Below, one piece after another: positions 1-8,398 of a DNA stretch of 32,967 bases; within the stretch, counting starts at the first letter, position 1, and every line of letters begins with the position of its first letter. Location: the sequence record NZ_CP014526.1, one strand, 5' to 3'. The stretch is from Haematospirillum jordaniae. The notes beneath the pieces are model-generated. The model saw nothing but the letters and a program-made list of their open reading frames with translations, was not told the DNA's origin and did not search any database. Both the position numbers and the translations under genes were made by a program.

Positions 1-398
1 TTGCCGTGCTGCAAAATCATCCGGCAGCACAGGTCCTTGCCCACGCCGTCATCCAGTTGAGGCTTGAAGCTCTCGGGGTATTTGGCGATGGCAATCATGG
101 TGCCATCAGCGTCAAACACACCGGCCTCGCGCACGGTCCAGCCGCCGACCCGCGCCGGGATCACCGCCTCGACGGTCAGCCAGGCGGGGTTTTTCGGGTC
201 GGTGCGGATGGAATTAATTTCGGTGCGCCAGACCTCGCGGCGCAAGGCGGTTTGATCCGGCGTCGGGTCATAGGCTGCGCCGTTGCCATCGCCAAACGCA
301 AAATGGCTCAAGACCACTGGTTTTGCGGTGGCGAGGGCTTCGGTCAGGCGGGTATGACCCGCGTCGGTTACCAAAGTGTAATAGTGTGGTGCGCTCAT
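1..398 (-). CDS. H: Tail fibre protein gpH, N-terminal part. The ORF runs off the left edge and continues in frame at the right end of the window (32169..32967).
   Basis: ATG at 398..396 overlaps the gpI stop (ATGA). The minus-strand translation MSAPHYYTLVTDAGHTRLTEALATAKPVVLSHFAFGDGNGAAYDPTPDQTALRREVWRTEINSIRTDPKNPAWLTVEAVIPARVGGWTVREAGVFDADGTMIAIAKYPESFKP...CRMILQHG has no stop down to nt 1. It resembles the P2 gpH N-terminus as recalled (VGITTMAVGDGGG...EVWRHALNKIS...VIPPEVGGFWMRELGLYDDAGTLIAVANMAESYKPAL). Confidence 0.75.
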   Translation of the reverse strand, partial: MSAPHYYTLVTDAGHTRLTEALATAKPVVLSHFAFGDGNGAAYDPTPDQTALRREVWRTEINSIRTDPKNPAWLTVEAVIPARVGGWTVREAGVFDADGTMIAIAKYPESFKPQLDDGVGKDLCCRMILQHG

Positions 399-1027
399 GC
401 GGCCTCCAGCGGATAGGCAGTGACCGTTTCCGCGCCGTACAGGGCGGCGGCCATCAGGGGGGCGGGGGCGAGGGAAACCGGATCAACCGGGGGGGCGGGA
501 CGCAGGCAGACGGTCTCACCCAGAAGCAAGGCCGCCGCCGTCTGCGGGGTTGCGCCGGCCTGCTGCATGACCACGCGCAGGGCGGTCATGCGCGAGCGAA
601 CATTCTTGGACGCCCGGATCATGGACAGGGCTTCCTCGGACAGCGCGGGCGAGACCGGGCCCGGTGTGGCAATTTCGGCGGTAAACGTATGGACGGGCGC
701 GGGCGGGTCAGCCTCAAACCATTCGGTCAGCGTGACGTCAACATCAAGGGCCTCAAGTGCCTCGCGCACCGCGCGCCGCGTCCCCTTGTGGCGGTGCACT
801 TGAAACGAAGCCGCAATCACCGCCCGCTTCCGCGCCTCCGGCCAGTCCGGGTTCCATACATCCACCGACAACGCCCACGCGAGCCAGGGAAGAAACGGTG
901 CCGGGCAGGTTGCAGGATTCCAGATATCGCGGATCACAATATCCAGGGTGCCCAAGCGAACAGCGTCGACATCGGCAAGCAGGCGCTCAAGGTGTGACGC
1001 CGATGGGGGGAGGAGGTTATCCGCCAT
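395..1027 (-). CDS. I: Baseplate/tail protein gpI (P2 I family)
   Basis: Inside the 395..1309 ORF; the likely start is ATG at 1027, overlapping the gpJ stop. P2-I-like sequence (MADNLLPPSASHLERLLADVDAVRLGTLDI...NPDWPEARKRAVIAASFQVHRHKGT), and it sits in the P2 position after J. Confidence 0.8.
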   Translation of the reverse strand: MADNLLPPSASHLERLLADVDAVRLGTLDIVIRDIWNPATCPAPFLPWLAWALSVDVWNPDWPEARKRAVIAASFQVHRHKGTRRAVREALEALDVDVTLTEWFEADPPAPVHTFTAEIATPGPVSPALSEEALSMIRASKNVRSRMTALRVVMQQAGATPQTAAALLLGETVCLRPAPPVDPVSLAPAPLMAAALYGAETVTAYPLEAA

Positions 1028-1946
1028 GGCCGCCCCCCTGCCGCACAACCCGAATGCTGGTGCACTGTGCCCAGCCGGTTTCACCCGGTTCAAGGTCTGC
1101 GGATGGTTTTGACAGATGAACCTTGCGCACCCCATCCACACGCAGGGCCTTGTACAGCCCGTCAAGGGTGACCGGCTCACCAAGGCGGCGCTGGACCCGC
1201 GTAAAGGCGGTAACGGATGCTTCAGAAGCCGCCCTGACAACCTCTGAATCCGGTCCGTCATAAAGATCAAGGGCCGCCTCCACGCTGTACTCCAGCTTCG
1301 TTCCGGCACGCACCTGCAGGCAATCCGTAAACGGCCTTACTCCGTCTCCGAACCGCCCCTTCATGGAGGCAGCAACGGTGGACAGAAGGCTGGAAGAGGG
1401 GGTCCCGTCCCCTTCGCTGGACAGGATCGTCAGGATGACATGGCCGGGCTGTGGCGATGTGACCGCCACATCGGAGACACGCGGGTCGGCATTGAGCGCG
1501 TGATACACATACGCGCCTTCGGGTCCAGCTGTTGACAGGGCTTCGAACGCCAGTTGCACCCTTGAGCGGAGACGGGCATCAGTCTCATAAACCGGCGGAC
1601 GGGGTGGCACCGCCTTCGGGTCACCGGCCTCGACAATCTGGCGGGATGTGGAGAAATTGGCGGCCAGAACATCCAAAGTCGCTCCCGTGGCTGTCGCCAG
1701 CATGACCGCGCGAACACCGTCATTGATCCGCTGGCGCAGAAGCAGTTCACGATAGCTCGCCTCTTCCAGAAGCTTGACGAGCGGGTCACTCTCGCTGTCT
1801 GGATTCCAGTCAGGAAGCAATCCGGCTGCATCCAGCCTTACGCGCAAAGCGGCCTTACGCGCGGCAAGGATTGTCTCGAAATCCAGTGGCTCAACCGCAT
1901 CCGGGGCCGGAAGCCGGGACAGATCAATAGAGGCAAAGCGGCTCAT
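1017..1946 (-). CDS. J: Baseplate assembly protein gpJ
   Basis: 309-aa ORF of the baseplate J family, in the W-J-I order typical of P2. Confidence 0.85.
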   Translation of the reverse strand: MSRFASIDLSRLPAPDAVEPLDFETILAARKAALRVRLDAAGLLPDWNPDSESDPLVKLLEEASYRELLLRQRINDGVRAVMLATATGATLDVLAANFSTSRQIVEAGDPKAVPPRPPVYETDARLRSRVQLAFEALSTAGPEGAYVYHALNADPRVSDVAVTSPQPGHVILTILSSEGDGTPSSSLLSTVAASMKGRFGDGVRPFTDCLQVRAGTKLEYSVEAALDLYDGPDSEVVRAASEASVTAFTRVQRRLGEPVTLDGLYKALRVDGVRKVHLSKPSADLEPGETGWAQCTSIRVVRQGGGHGG

Positions 1947-2290
1947 CGCACACCGCCAAGGACCGTGTGCGCCGCAATATTCAGATTGGATGCACGAACG
2001 GAAAGAACCGTACGGATCTCGGCTGACCCATCAGCATGCACAACAACATTGCCCGACACCACCCGAACCCTTGGCTCCCAGCGGGTGATAGCCTCGGCGG
2101 CTGCGGCAATCACGGACAGGGTCCACGCCTGTGAGCCGGGGCTGTCGATCAATTCAAAGATATGGGACCCATAACCCCGACGCATAACCCGCGTTCCAAC
2201 GGGGGTGCACAGGATGTCTGCAACAGAATTGCGAATATCCTGCAACTCATTCACGACAGTACCTGAAACGGGATCAATGCTGATTGTCAT
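1943..2290 (-). CDS. W: Baseplate protein gpW (gp25/GPW family)
   Basis: 115-aa ORF; ATGA overlap with J; GPW/gp25-like size and position. Confidence 0.8.
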   Translation of the reverse strand: MTISIDPVSGTVVNELQDIRNSVADILCTPVGTRVMRRGYGSHIFELIDSPGSQAWTLSVIAAAAEAITRWEPRVRVVSGNVVVHADGSAEIRTVLSVRASNLNIAAHTVLGGVR

Positions 2291-2296
2291 CGCGTC

Positions 2297-2929
2297 CTAC
2301 GGGTGGCTGTGATGGTTGCTATTCGAACCGCCCGCCAGAATGTCACCGCTGGCGTGGAGGCTGCCGTTGACCGTCACGACGCCGGTCACGGCAAAATCAC
2401 CGTTCAGGCTGAAGCTGCCGGTCATGCTGGTGGCACCGCTGCCCCCGCCGCTGGCAACAATTTCGACTGTCTGGGCAGCAATACGGGCTGTCGTGGCGGC
2501 TGAAATGTCTACGGACTGCCCGGCGCTGGCCCTGACATCGCCGCCCGCGTCAACCGCAACGGACCCGGGCGTCCGAACAGACAGGTGTTGCTGCAAGCTG
2601 TCGTAGGCAACTGTGGTGCCGTCATTCCACTGGATGACATCCAGACCATCCGATGTATCCGGGGGCGGCAGGGCATCGGAATAAAGCACCTGAACAATGA
2701 CGGCATTCGCCGGGTTCCCGGACGGGCAGGCCAGAACAACCTGCGTCCCTGTCCGCAAGGGTCTCCAGCGAATAAAATTCGCCCCAATCTCGGCGGGATA
2801 GGGCAACCACCCCGTCTCGCGCCCGGAGATGGTCGCGCGGACCCGCCGCCCTTCATGATCAACACGGGTAATGACGCCGAATGCCACAAGGTTTTCAAGC
2901 CGTCTTTGTATGTCAGCCAGTCCCGCCAT
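2297..2929 (-). CDS. V: Baseplate spike/assembly protein gpV
   Basis: Inside the 2297..3103 ORF; the likely start is ATG at 2929 (MAGLADIQRRLENLVAFGVITRVDHEGRRVR...), overlapping the stop of the upstream gene. C-terminal Gly/Ser-rich spike and typical gpV N-terminal OB-fold motif. Confidence 0.8.
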   Translation of the reverse strand: MAGLADIQRRLENLVAFGVITRVDHEGRRVRATISGRETGWLPYPAEIGANFIRWRPLRTGTQVVLACPSGNPANAVIVQVLYSDALPPPDTSDGLDVIQWNDGTTVAYDSLQQHLSVRTPGSVAVDAGGDVRASAGQSVDISAATTARIAAQTVEIVASGGGSGATSMTGSFSLNGDFAVTGVVTVNGSLHASGDILAGGSNSNHHSHP

Positions 2930-3384
2930 TACCGGATACCCCGCAAGGCTTCGATGATGGTGGAGCGGATTGCCTTTCGGTCCGCTGCGGGCAGACCCAG
3001 AAGGGGGCGGGCGGCATAAAGGGCAAGGCTGCCGTTTTCCGAAACCGTGTCTGTCCGTCCATAGTGATGAACGGCAGCCACACGGGCGCGGTGGCCGCGC
3101 CAACCAACCTCGACCCCATCCGCAGTCGCTACCAGCATCATTCGTCTTGAATCGCGCAGCCTGACCATCATCTTTTTCGCGGTCCGTATCCGCCCCCGGT
3201 TGTTTCGCTTTCGCATCGGCCAGCGTTCGCCGTCCGGACCCATATGACGGGCCATGCGAGCTTGGTTACGACGCCGCATAATTTGACCAAGGCTGCGCAT
3301 CAGCTTCTTTCGCTCGCCCGGACCCAGCGCAACCAGAGCCGAACGAAGCCAGGCATCAAGAGGTTCAAACGCGTCATCACTCAT
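2929..3384 (-). CDS. S: Tail completion / virion morphogenesis protein (gpS-like)
   Basis: 151 aa; position between R and V as in P2; sequence resembles the phage virion morphogenesis family (P2 S). Confidence 0.55.
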   Translation of the reverse strand: MSDDAFEPLDAWLRSALVALGPGERKKLMRSLGQIMRRRNQARMARHMGPDGERWPMRKRNNRGRIRTAKKMMVRLRDSRRMMLVATADGVEVGWRGHRARVAAVHHYGRTDTVSENGSLALYAARPLLGLPAADRKAIRSTIIEALRGIR

Positions 3385-3836
3385 GGACAGACTTCTCCAA
3401 GCTTCATGACATCCGGGGCGGACACTATCCGCAGGCGCACACCCCCGGCTTCCGGACTGGGGGCAACAATGTCTTCAAGATCGATAGTGAGAGAGATATC
3501 CACGCTCTTGTGGTCAATCACATCGACCAGAAAGCGGATAGCTTCGTCGGACACATCAGGATCAACCGTGTGCAACCAGTCCAGAACCACAAAGAAAAGA
3601 GCCTCGGGCGCACCTGTGTAGTCCGTTACAATCAGGTGCGCGGTATAGTTCATCACGAATGCATGGTTACGCGGGCCGCGTCGGGACAAGACGGATCCCT
3701 TCTCCGCGAAAACAAGCAGCTTGTCAGGAGCAATCCCCAAAGGAGACCCAAGGACGGCTTCGCGTATATCACCCAGCTTCTTCACGGCTCGTCCTCCCGG
3801 CTCCACGCAAGAACAGCCGCCAGCCGTGACCGGCAA
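3381..3836 (-). CDS. R: Tail completion protein (gpR-like). The start is uncertain and may be an internal GTG near 3785.
   Basis: 151-aa ORF directly downstream of the spanin genes, overlapping S by 4 nt; P2 order lysC-R-S-V. Confidence 0.5.
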   Translation of the reverse strand: MPVTAGGCSCVEPGGRAVKKLGDIREAVLGSPLGIAPDKLLVFAEKGSVLSRRGPRNHAFVMNYTAHLIVTDYTGAPEALFFVVLDWLHTVDPDVSDEAIRFLVDVIDHKSVDISLTIDLEDIVAPSPEAGGVRLRIVSAPDVMKLGEVCP

Positions 3837-4060
3837 CTCTCACCTGCCGCCCAGACGTCAACCAGATAACCCGCAACGGCAGACTGGTCTGCCGCCTCCG
3901 GCACGTCCGGGTCAGGGCTGCAGGTCAGCAGGAACGGAGGCGGCACCATGCGCTCCACGTGTATCACTGTTGGTTTGAAGGCGGGCGCGGCGCAGCCCGT
4001 CAAGGGCAGCACGCAAGCCAGGAGACACAGACTGGCACGTATCTTTCGGGCCTGAAGCAT
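3782..4060 (-). CDS. o-spanin (Rz1/LysC-like outer-membrane lipoprotein), partly embedded in the i-spanin gene in another frame
   Basis: From an internal start the product is MLQARKIRASLCLLACVLPLTGC...: signal peptide plus lipobox (LTGC) followed by a Pro-rich segment. Overlaps the 3' end of the i-spanin ORF, the overlapped architecture seen in P2 lysB/lysC. Confidence 0.6.
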   Translation of the reverse strand: MLQARKIRASLCLLACVLPLTGCAAPAFKPTVIHVERMVPPPFLLTCSPDPDVPEAADQSAVAGYLVDVWAAGESCRSRLAAVLAWSREDEP

Positions 4061-4346
4061 GGCGGGAAGACTCCTTGATGGTTGCCGCGACCGCGCTGCG
4101 CTGCGCATCAGCGGCTGACACCTCACCCAACCGGGCTACAATGCGGTCACGTTCCATCCGCAAGACAGAAAGCGCGGCAATGTTGGTGGCATTGGCCTGC
4201 TCGGCGGCGGACAGACGAACCATGGCGTCCTCCAGATCACCCCGCAGACCGGACACGGTGCGCCACTGCCACGTGACCATGGCGGCCAGCGCAGCCAGAA
4301 CCACCAGCGGGTGCCGTAAGGCCAATCGCGTTATGACAGCAGGCAT
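3912..4346 (-). CDS. i-spanin (Rz/LysB-like)
   Basis: From the likely start (MPAVITRLALRHPLVVLAALAAMVTWQW...) there is an N-terminal TM helix followed by a charged, Ala/Arg-rich coiled-coil-like periplasmic domain. Immediately after the endolysin gene. Confidence 0.6.
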   Translation of the reverse strand: MPAVITRLALRHPLVVLAALAAMVTWQWRTVSGLRGDLEDAMVRLSAAEQANATNIAALSVLRMERDRIVARLGEVSAADAQRSAVAATIKESSRHASGPKDTCQSVSPGLRAALDGLRRARLQTNSDTRGAHGAASVPADLQP

Positions 4347-4828
4347 AGGGCGACCTCCTGCTCGCGCCGGTGGACAAGGCCCCGGCAATTGTTGGCCGGA
4401 TCACGACAATCTTTTTTGCCGACAAAAACCCAGCGCCGCAGATCATGACAACCGCCAGCCCGGTCCCCTTCGTTGATTTTCCGGAAAGCCGTGGACTTGC
4501 GGCAGGCTTCTTGACCAACGTTGAAGCAGAACGAAGCAAGGGCGGCCAGCGCAGATTCAGGCAGCGGGACAGAAATGAATCTTTCGACAGCCTCAAGGCT
4601 TTCAGCCACATCCGCCTGAAGAAGAGATCGGCACGTCTCCGGGGCGGCTGTCTGGCCCGGCGCAACGTCGCGGGTGTGGCCGGAGCAGATAGTCCAGACG
4701 CGGGCGGCATCCTGATACGCGCTCAGGCGTGTCCCCTCATGGCTCGCAATGTACGGCAGGGCGATGGCCATGGCCCCGGCACCACCAGCGACAAGGGCCA
4801 CAACAGCCGCAGGAAGACGGGGAATCAT
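4331..4828 (-). CDS. SAR endolysin, GH24 (T4/P21-type lysozyme) with N-terminal signal-anchor-release domain
   Basis: Likely start is ATG at 4828 (ATGA overlap with the holin stop). N-terminus MIPRLPAAVVALVAGGAGAMAIALPYIASHEGTRL is a Gly/Ala-rich weakly hydrophobic SAR-type helix, followed by the lysozyme catalytic region (E...D/C...T triad context SHEGTRLSAYQDAARVWTICSGHT). Confidence 0.75.
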   Translation of the reverse strand: MIPRLPAAVVALVAGGAGAMAIALPYIASHEGTRLSAYQDAARVWTICSGHTRDVAPGQTAAPETCRSLLQADVAESLEAVERFISVPLPESALAALASFCFNVGQEACRKSTAFRKINEGDRAGGCHDLRRWVFVGKKDCRDPANNCRGLVHRREQEVALCLLS

Positions 4829-5028
4829 GACCGCCCCCGGTGACGGGTCCGAACCAGCGCCCAGTAGCGCGGCACAAGAAGCCCTATCTGAAGGCTGACG
4901 TAAATGAGGGTGCACCATGCTACCAGCTCATTGAGCGAAAACCCCATCCACGACCACATGGCCCCTGCCGCCGCCGGGGCAACACGGAGGGCGGCATCAA
5001 ATTCGTCATGCATCTCACTCAGTCCCAC
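4825..5028 (-). CDS. Holin / pinholin candidate
   Basis: 67-aa protein with one or two hydrophobic helices (AAAGAMWSWMGF...LVAWCTLIYVSLQIGLLV), a charged C-terminus, and translational coupling to the SAR endolysin. It is in the P2 Y position after X. Confidence 0.55.
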   Translation of the reverse strand: MGLSEMHDEFDAALRVAPAAAGAMWSWMGFSLNELVAWCTLIYVSLQIGLLVPRYWALVRTRHRGRS

Positions 5029-5219
5029 AGGCTTATGCGTTTCTTTACAGGGGCGGATACGGGGGGGAGGGTGATGAGCGTTCCGTGCGGCAGGACAAGG
5101 CCAAGATCAGCCAAACCGGGGTTTGCCGCATAAATGCGGGCCGTCATCGCGGTGTCTCCATAGACCCGCAGGGCCAACTGGTCCACGGTCTCGCCGTGCA
5201 AGGATCGAACGGAAGCCAT
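5019..5219 (-). CDS. X: Tail protein X (gpX)
   Basis: 66 aa. The GDTLDxLA-type motif (GETVDQLALRVYGDTAMTARIYAANPGLADLGLVLPHGTLITLP) is typical of the P2 X family; it lies between L and the lysis genes. Confidence 0.65.
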   Translation of the reverse strand: MASVRSLHGETVDQLALRVYGDTAMTARIYAANPGLADLGLVLPHGTLITLPPVSAPVKKRISLWD

Positions 5220-5683
5220 CAGATCAACTCCACAACAATACGAGGCTTACCGCACAGCCTGGCCGTTGCCTCGGCGGCATGGCGAAGGTAGTCACGGGCT
5301 GTAACCTCCAGATCATCCGCACGGCCATGGCCCGACTTTGTGCTGTCAAAGTCACGGGTGGTCAGAAGCAATTCGGCACGGGCGCGGGCGTAAACAGCCC
5401 GCTTGTAGAAAAGGACTTTTTCCGGCACGCCCCCATACGACGTCTGCTCCGGAACCTGATCAAGACATGCTGCTGTCTGCGCAGACCTCCACGCACGAAC
5501 GCCCGCGTTGACCTCCAGAATCGCGGCCTGCACGGCAGCGGCCATCCGATCCGGGCCAAACGTGTCTCCCAGCCCCGTTTGGGACCGGAATTCCGCAAGA
5601 TCGACGTTCGGGAACCAGCCATCATTGGTGATGGTCCGCTCGTAACTCGTGGCCCGAAAACTGGTAGGTACAAGAACAGACAT
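5219..5683 (-). CDS. L: Head completion/stabilisation protein (gpL)
   Basis: 154 aa, directly downstream of M as in P2. Confidence 0.7.
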   Translation of the reverse strand: MSVLVPTSFRATSYERTITNDGWFPNVDLAEFRSQTGLGDTFGPDRMAAAVQAAILEVNAGVRAWRSAQTAACLDQVPEQTSYGGVPEKVLFYKRAVYARARAELLLTTRDFDSTKSGHGRADDLEVTARDYLRHAAEATARLCGKPRIVVELI

Positions 5684-5782
5684 ACGCTTTGATCCATGGT
5701 AGTGGCGGTGACGGCAGAGGACCGTTCAGGGCCTTGGAAGGCTCATCACGTCCCCCGCGCCGTCACCGCGCCGGGGGGCCTG

Positions 5783-6439
5783 CTATGTCCCTTCGTCCGA
5801 TGCAACAGAAAGCCGCCTCAATCGCGCCAGATGGCTCCGTACACCGCACTTCGGATGGAGGGCGAGCGCGGCCTCGAAATGATCCATTGCCTTGACCGGG
5901 TTGCCGTCCATACAGGCAAGGCCAAGCGCCTTGTGTGCCTTTGCCCTCACTTCGTCCGGCATGTCGGCCTCCTGCGTCAGGAGCAAGGCCCGGTCCAGCG
6001 GTGCTGCGTGCAGCGGGTCCGGATCAGGGCGCTCGAGCGCAACATCCGCCATCTGCTCAAGCAGTGTGGTGGGCAGATTCCGGGTGAAACCGGGCGGCAT
6101 GCTCAGATCATGGCGAACAGCGTAATCCGCAATGTGCAAAGCCCCCTCAAGATCACCCGTATCCAGACGCCACAGCATGACCATCGCCAGAACATCGTCC
6201 TGTGCACCGCGCCCGCCTTCAAGGACACCATCGACATAATCCGTATAGGCGGGCAGGAATTCGGCCTTCGCCGCCGTCTTTGCCGTACGTGACTGCTTGG
6301 TTTTCAGAACAGATGTATGCAAACGTAACTGTGCCTGCATTTTTTCAGATGACGACCGGGCCGCCATACGGTCCATGGGGTCGCTGGCATCGTGGCGGGC
6401 CGCCATTGTACGGATGAAATGTTGACGGGCCGGCGACAT
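5783..6439 (-). CDS. M: Terminase small/endonuclease subunit (gpM)
   Basis: Inside the 5783..6493 ORF; the likely start is the internal ATG near 6439 (MSPARQHFIRTMAAR...), abutting the capsid gene stop. P2 order N-M-L. Confidence 0.7.
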   Translation of the reverse strand: MSPARQHFIRTMAARHDASDPMDRMAARSSSEKMQAQLRLHTSVLKTKQSRTAKTAAKAEFLPAYTDYVDGVLEGGRGAQDDVLAMVMLWRLDTGDLEGALHIADYAVRHDLSMPPGFTRNLPTTLLEQMADVALERPDPDPLHAAPLDRALLLTQEADMPDEVRAKAHKALGLACMDGNPVKAMDHFEAALALHPKCGVRSHLARLRRLSVASDEGT

Positions 6440-7467
6440 CACGCCCACCCGTCCTGGCCGTCCGGGAGCAGAATGCCTTCGACCAGTGCACACTTGCCCA
6501 TGTCCTCAACAACATACGCCTCGTTGATCGAGAGATAGTCCACGATACGGTCGCGCTTTGGCTCGTCCTCGATGTGACGACGATGGCTTCCGGCCTGCCA
6601 ATAGATGGAGAGGTTCGAAGGCGAGGTAACCAGAACGGAGCGGGCCGGGAAAAACGGCACCGTCAAGGCCGAGCGCCCGCCGATGGTTTTGTTCAGGATG
6701 GTTGTCTGCCACGCCGCCCGCTCGGTCGGCGCATCGGCGGTCGGGTTATTGATCATGGACAGGTAACGGTCGTTCAACAACTGGTTGCCGACGATGACCA
6801 CGATCGACGGATCGCCCCGATGATGCTCCGCAACAAGCTCGTTGCAGACATCAAAGACCAAGGCATCCAGATTGCGGTAATCGGCGCCCTTGGCCTCGCC
6901 CATCTTTTTTCCGGACATGACACGCGCCGGGGCATCGGTGCGCAGATGCTGAAGCCAGCCGATGTTCACATCTTGCAACAAGGTATTCGTAACCGGGTTT
7001 GTATTTGCGGCTGCTGACGTTCCGTTCCAGCCAATCATGAGCCGGTCACGGGCTATCTGCCGGGTTACGTGATCCCTGATCCGTGCGTGAAAATCCGGAA
7101 ACTTCGCCCAGCTATCCAGAAGGGCATAGGGAACGAAGGTGTCAAAATCCGTCTTCCGGCACGTGTACTCGCGCTTCGTCAAGCCTGTGACCGCGCGGGG
7201 CTGCCTGTCCTTCTCGGCGGTATTGGTACGCCCTGCCACAGGGCCGGAGGCACCAAGGCCCAGAATCTGTCCTGACTGCTCAGTCCGGGAGATCATGTTG
7301 ATGCTCTGGAGGAAATCTGCGCTGTCCTGAATGCGGTCTTCCAGCGTTTGCTCGACGGTCGGGTCGATTGAGAATTTTGTACTGGTACTCTCCACGCCGT
7401 TCAGGCGCGAAAGCTGGTCGGTATAGGTCTGGAACAGGGCACGGGTCTTGTTATGCATGATCAGCAA
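6439..7467 (-). CDS. N: Major capsid protein (gpN, P2 family)
   Basis: 342-aa ORF at the P2 N-family size, downstream of scaffold gene O. Confidence 0.9.
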   Translation of the reverse strand: MLIMHNKTRALFQTYTDQLSRLNGVESTSTKFSIDPTVEQTLEDRIQDSADFLQSINMISRTEQSGQILGLGASGPVAGRTNTAEKDRQPRAVTGLTKREYTCRKTDFDTFVPYALLDSWAKFPDFHARIRDHVTRQIARDRLMIGWNGTSAAANTNPVTNTLLQDVNIGWLQHLRTDAPARVMSGKKMGEAKGADYRNLDALVFDVCNELVAEHHRGDPSIVVIVGNQLLNDRYLSMINNPTADAPTERAAWQTTILNKTIGGRSALTVPFFPARSVLVTSPSNLSIYWQAGSHRRHIEDEPKRDRIVDYLSINEAYVVEDMGKCALVEGILLPDGQDGWA

Positions 7468-8255
7468 TCCGTCAGGGCTATGCTTCCGGTTGCAACCGGG
7501 CGCGGTGGGTTTGCATCGGTGGATGAAAGCTTTGTAACCAGGTCATCAAGGGCGCGCCGGGTCTCGGCAAGCTCGGTAGTCAAGGCATCGACCTTGACGG
7601 CAGGAGCACAGGCCCCGATACGCTCCGATAGCCTTGACACCTCGTCGGCAATGACAAGAATTCCGTCTGCTGCTTCGGATGTGTGGACCGTCTCTGCCTT
7701 GGGTGGGCCTGCCAGCATATCCCGGACGCGCGACAGGAGACCCGGCCTGCTGTCATCATCGGCGGCAATGGTATCAAGCCGGAAGTCATCCTCAACGACC
7801 GCGCCATACAACTGCACGCGGGTCTTGTCCGGTGCCTTGTCCGACTGGATAGCAAATTTGAGCATTTCGGTGCCAAGCGAAGCCGGGCTGTCTGTAATAG
7901 CCAGACCAACCAGATATGCCTCGCCGCTCTTGGCAAAATTGGGATCAATCTCGACAGACCAGTAAACCTTCTGGCGGGATGCCGCCATTTTGATCAGATC
8001 CTCGGTTGCATCCATTTGCGCCAGCAAGACGCGGTTTCCGGCCTTGTCCGTGTCGGCTTTGACCGCAAGCACGTCGCCATAGGCCCGCCCCGGATTGTCG
8101 GGCAGAAAGGACCGCATATGCTCCAGCCAGATCCGCGCCCCATAGCGGTTGGGATCATAGGTTCGGGCGACCTGATCTATCTGGTCGACGGTTATTTCGC
8201 GACCATCGACGGTCCGCCCGGACGTGGCGACGCGAAAAAATTTGGTGACAGGCAT
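7461..8255 (-). CDS. O: Capsid scaffolding protein (gpO)
   Basis: 264-aa ORF, divergent from terminase gene P as in P2. Confidence 0.85.
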   Translation of the reverse strand: MPVTKFFRVATSGRTVDGREITVDQIDQVARTYDPNRYGARIWLEHMRSFLPDNPGRAYGDVLAVKADTDKAGNRVLLAQMDATEDLIKMAASRQKVYWSVEIDPNFAKSGEAYLVGLAITDSPASLGTEMLKFAIQSDKAPDKTRVQLYGAVVEDDFRLDTIAADDDSRPGLLSRVRDMLAGPPKAETVHTSEAADGILVIADEVSRLSERIGACAPAVKVDALTTELAETRRALDDLVTKLSSTDANPPRPVATGSIALTDC

Positions 8256-8398
8256 AGTGCACTCCGGATCCGGTTAACAATCTGTACGCCAAACCGTGGT
8301 GCATGCCATGCCTGCGGTGCAAACGTCCGGTGGTTATTTTCGGCTGAAATAACCTTCTTTTCCGTGCCGAACCAAAATGGCTTCGACACTATTGCGCC
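8256..8398. promoter_or_regulatory. Divergent late-promoter region between O (minus strand) and P (plus strand)
   Basis: 143-bp intergenic region between the two divergent late operons. It contains a CCGGATCCGG palindrome (about 8263..8272) and an 8-bp-arm inverted repeat GGTTATTT-N7-AAATAACC (about 8331..8353). In P2 these promoters depend on Ogr, and an Ogr homologue is present at 20423..20680. No exact TGT-N12-ACA was seen. Confidence 0.35.

Noticed and set aside
6-416. 136-aa plus-strand ORF at the left edge
   Set aside because: It lies antisense to the clearly P2-gpH-like minus-strand reading frame (1..398) and has no recognisable features. Treated as a high-GC antisense artefact.
5696-6292. 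198-aa plus-strand ORF
   Set aside because: Antisense to the small-terminase gene M. No features.
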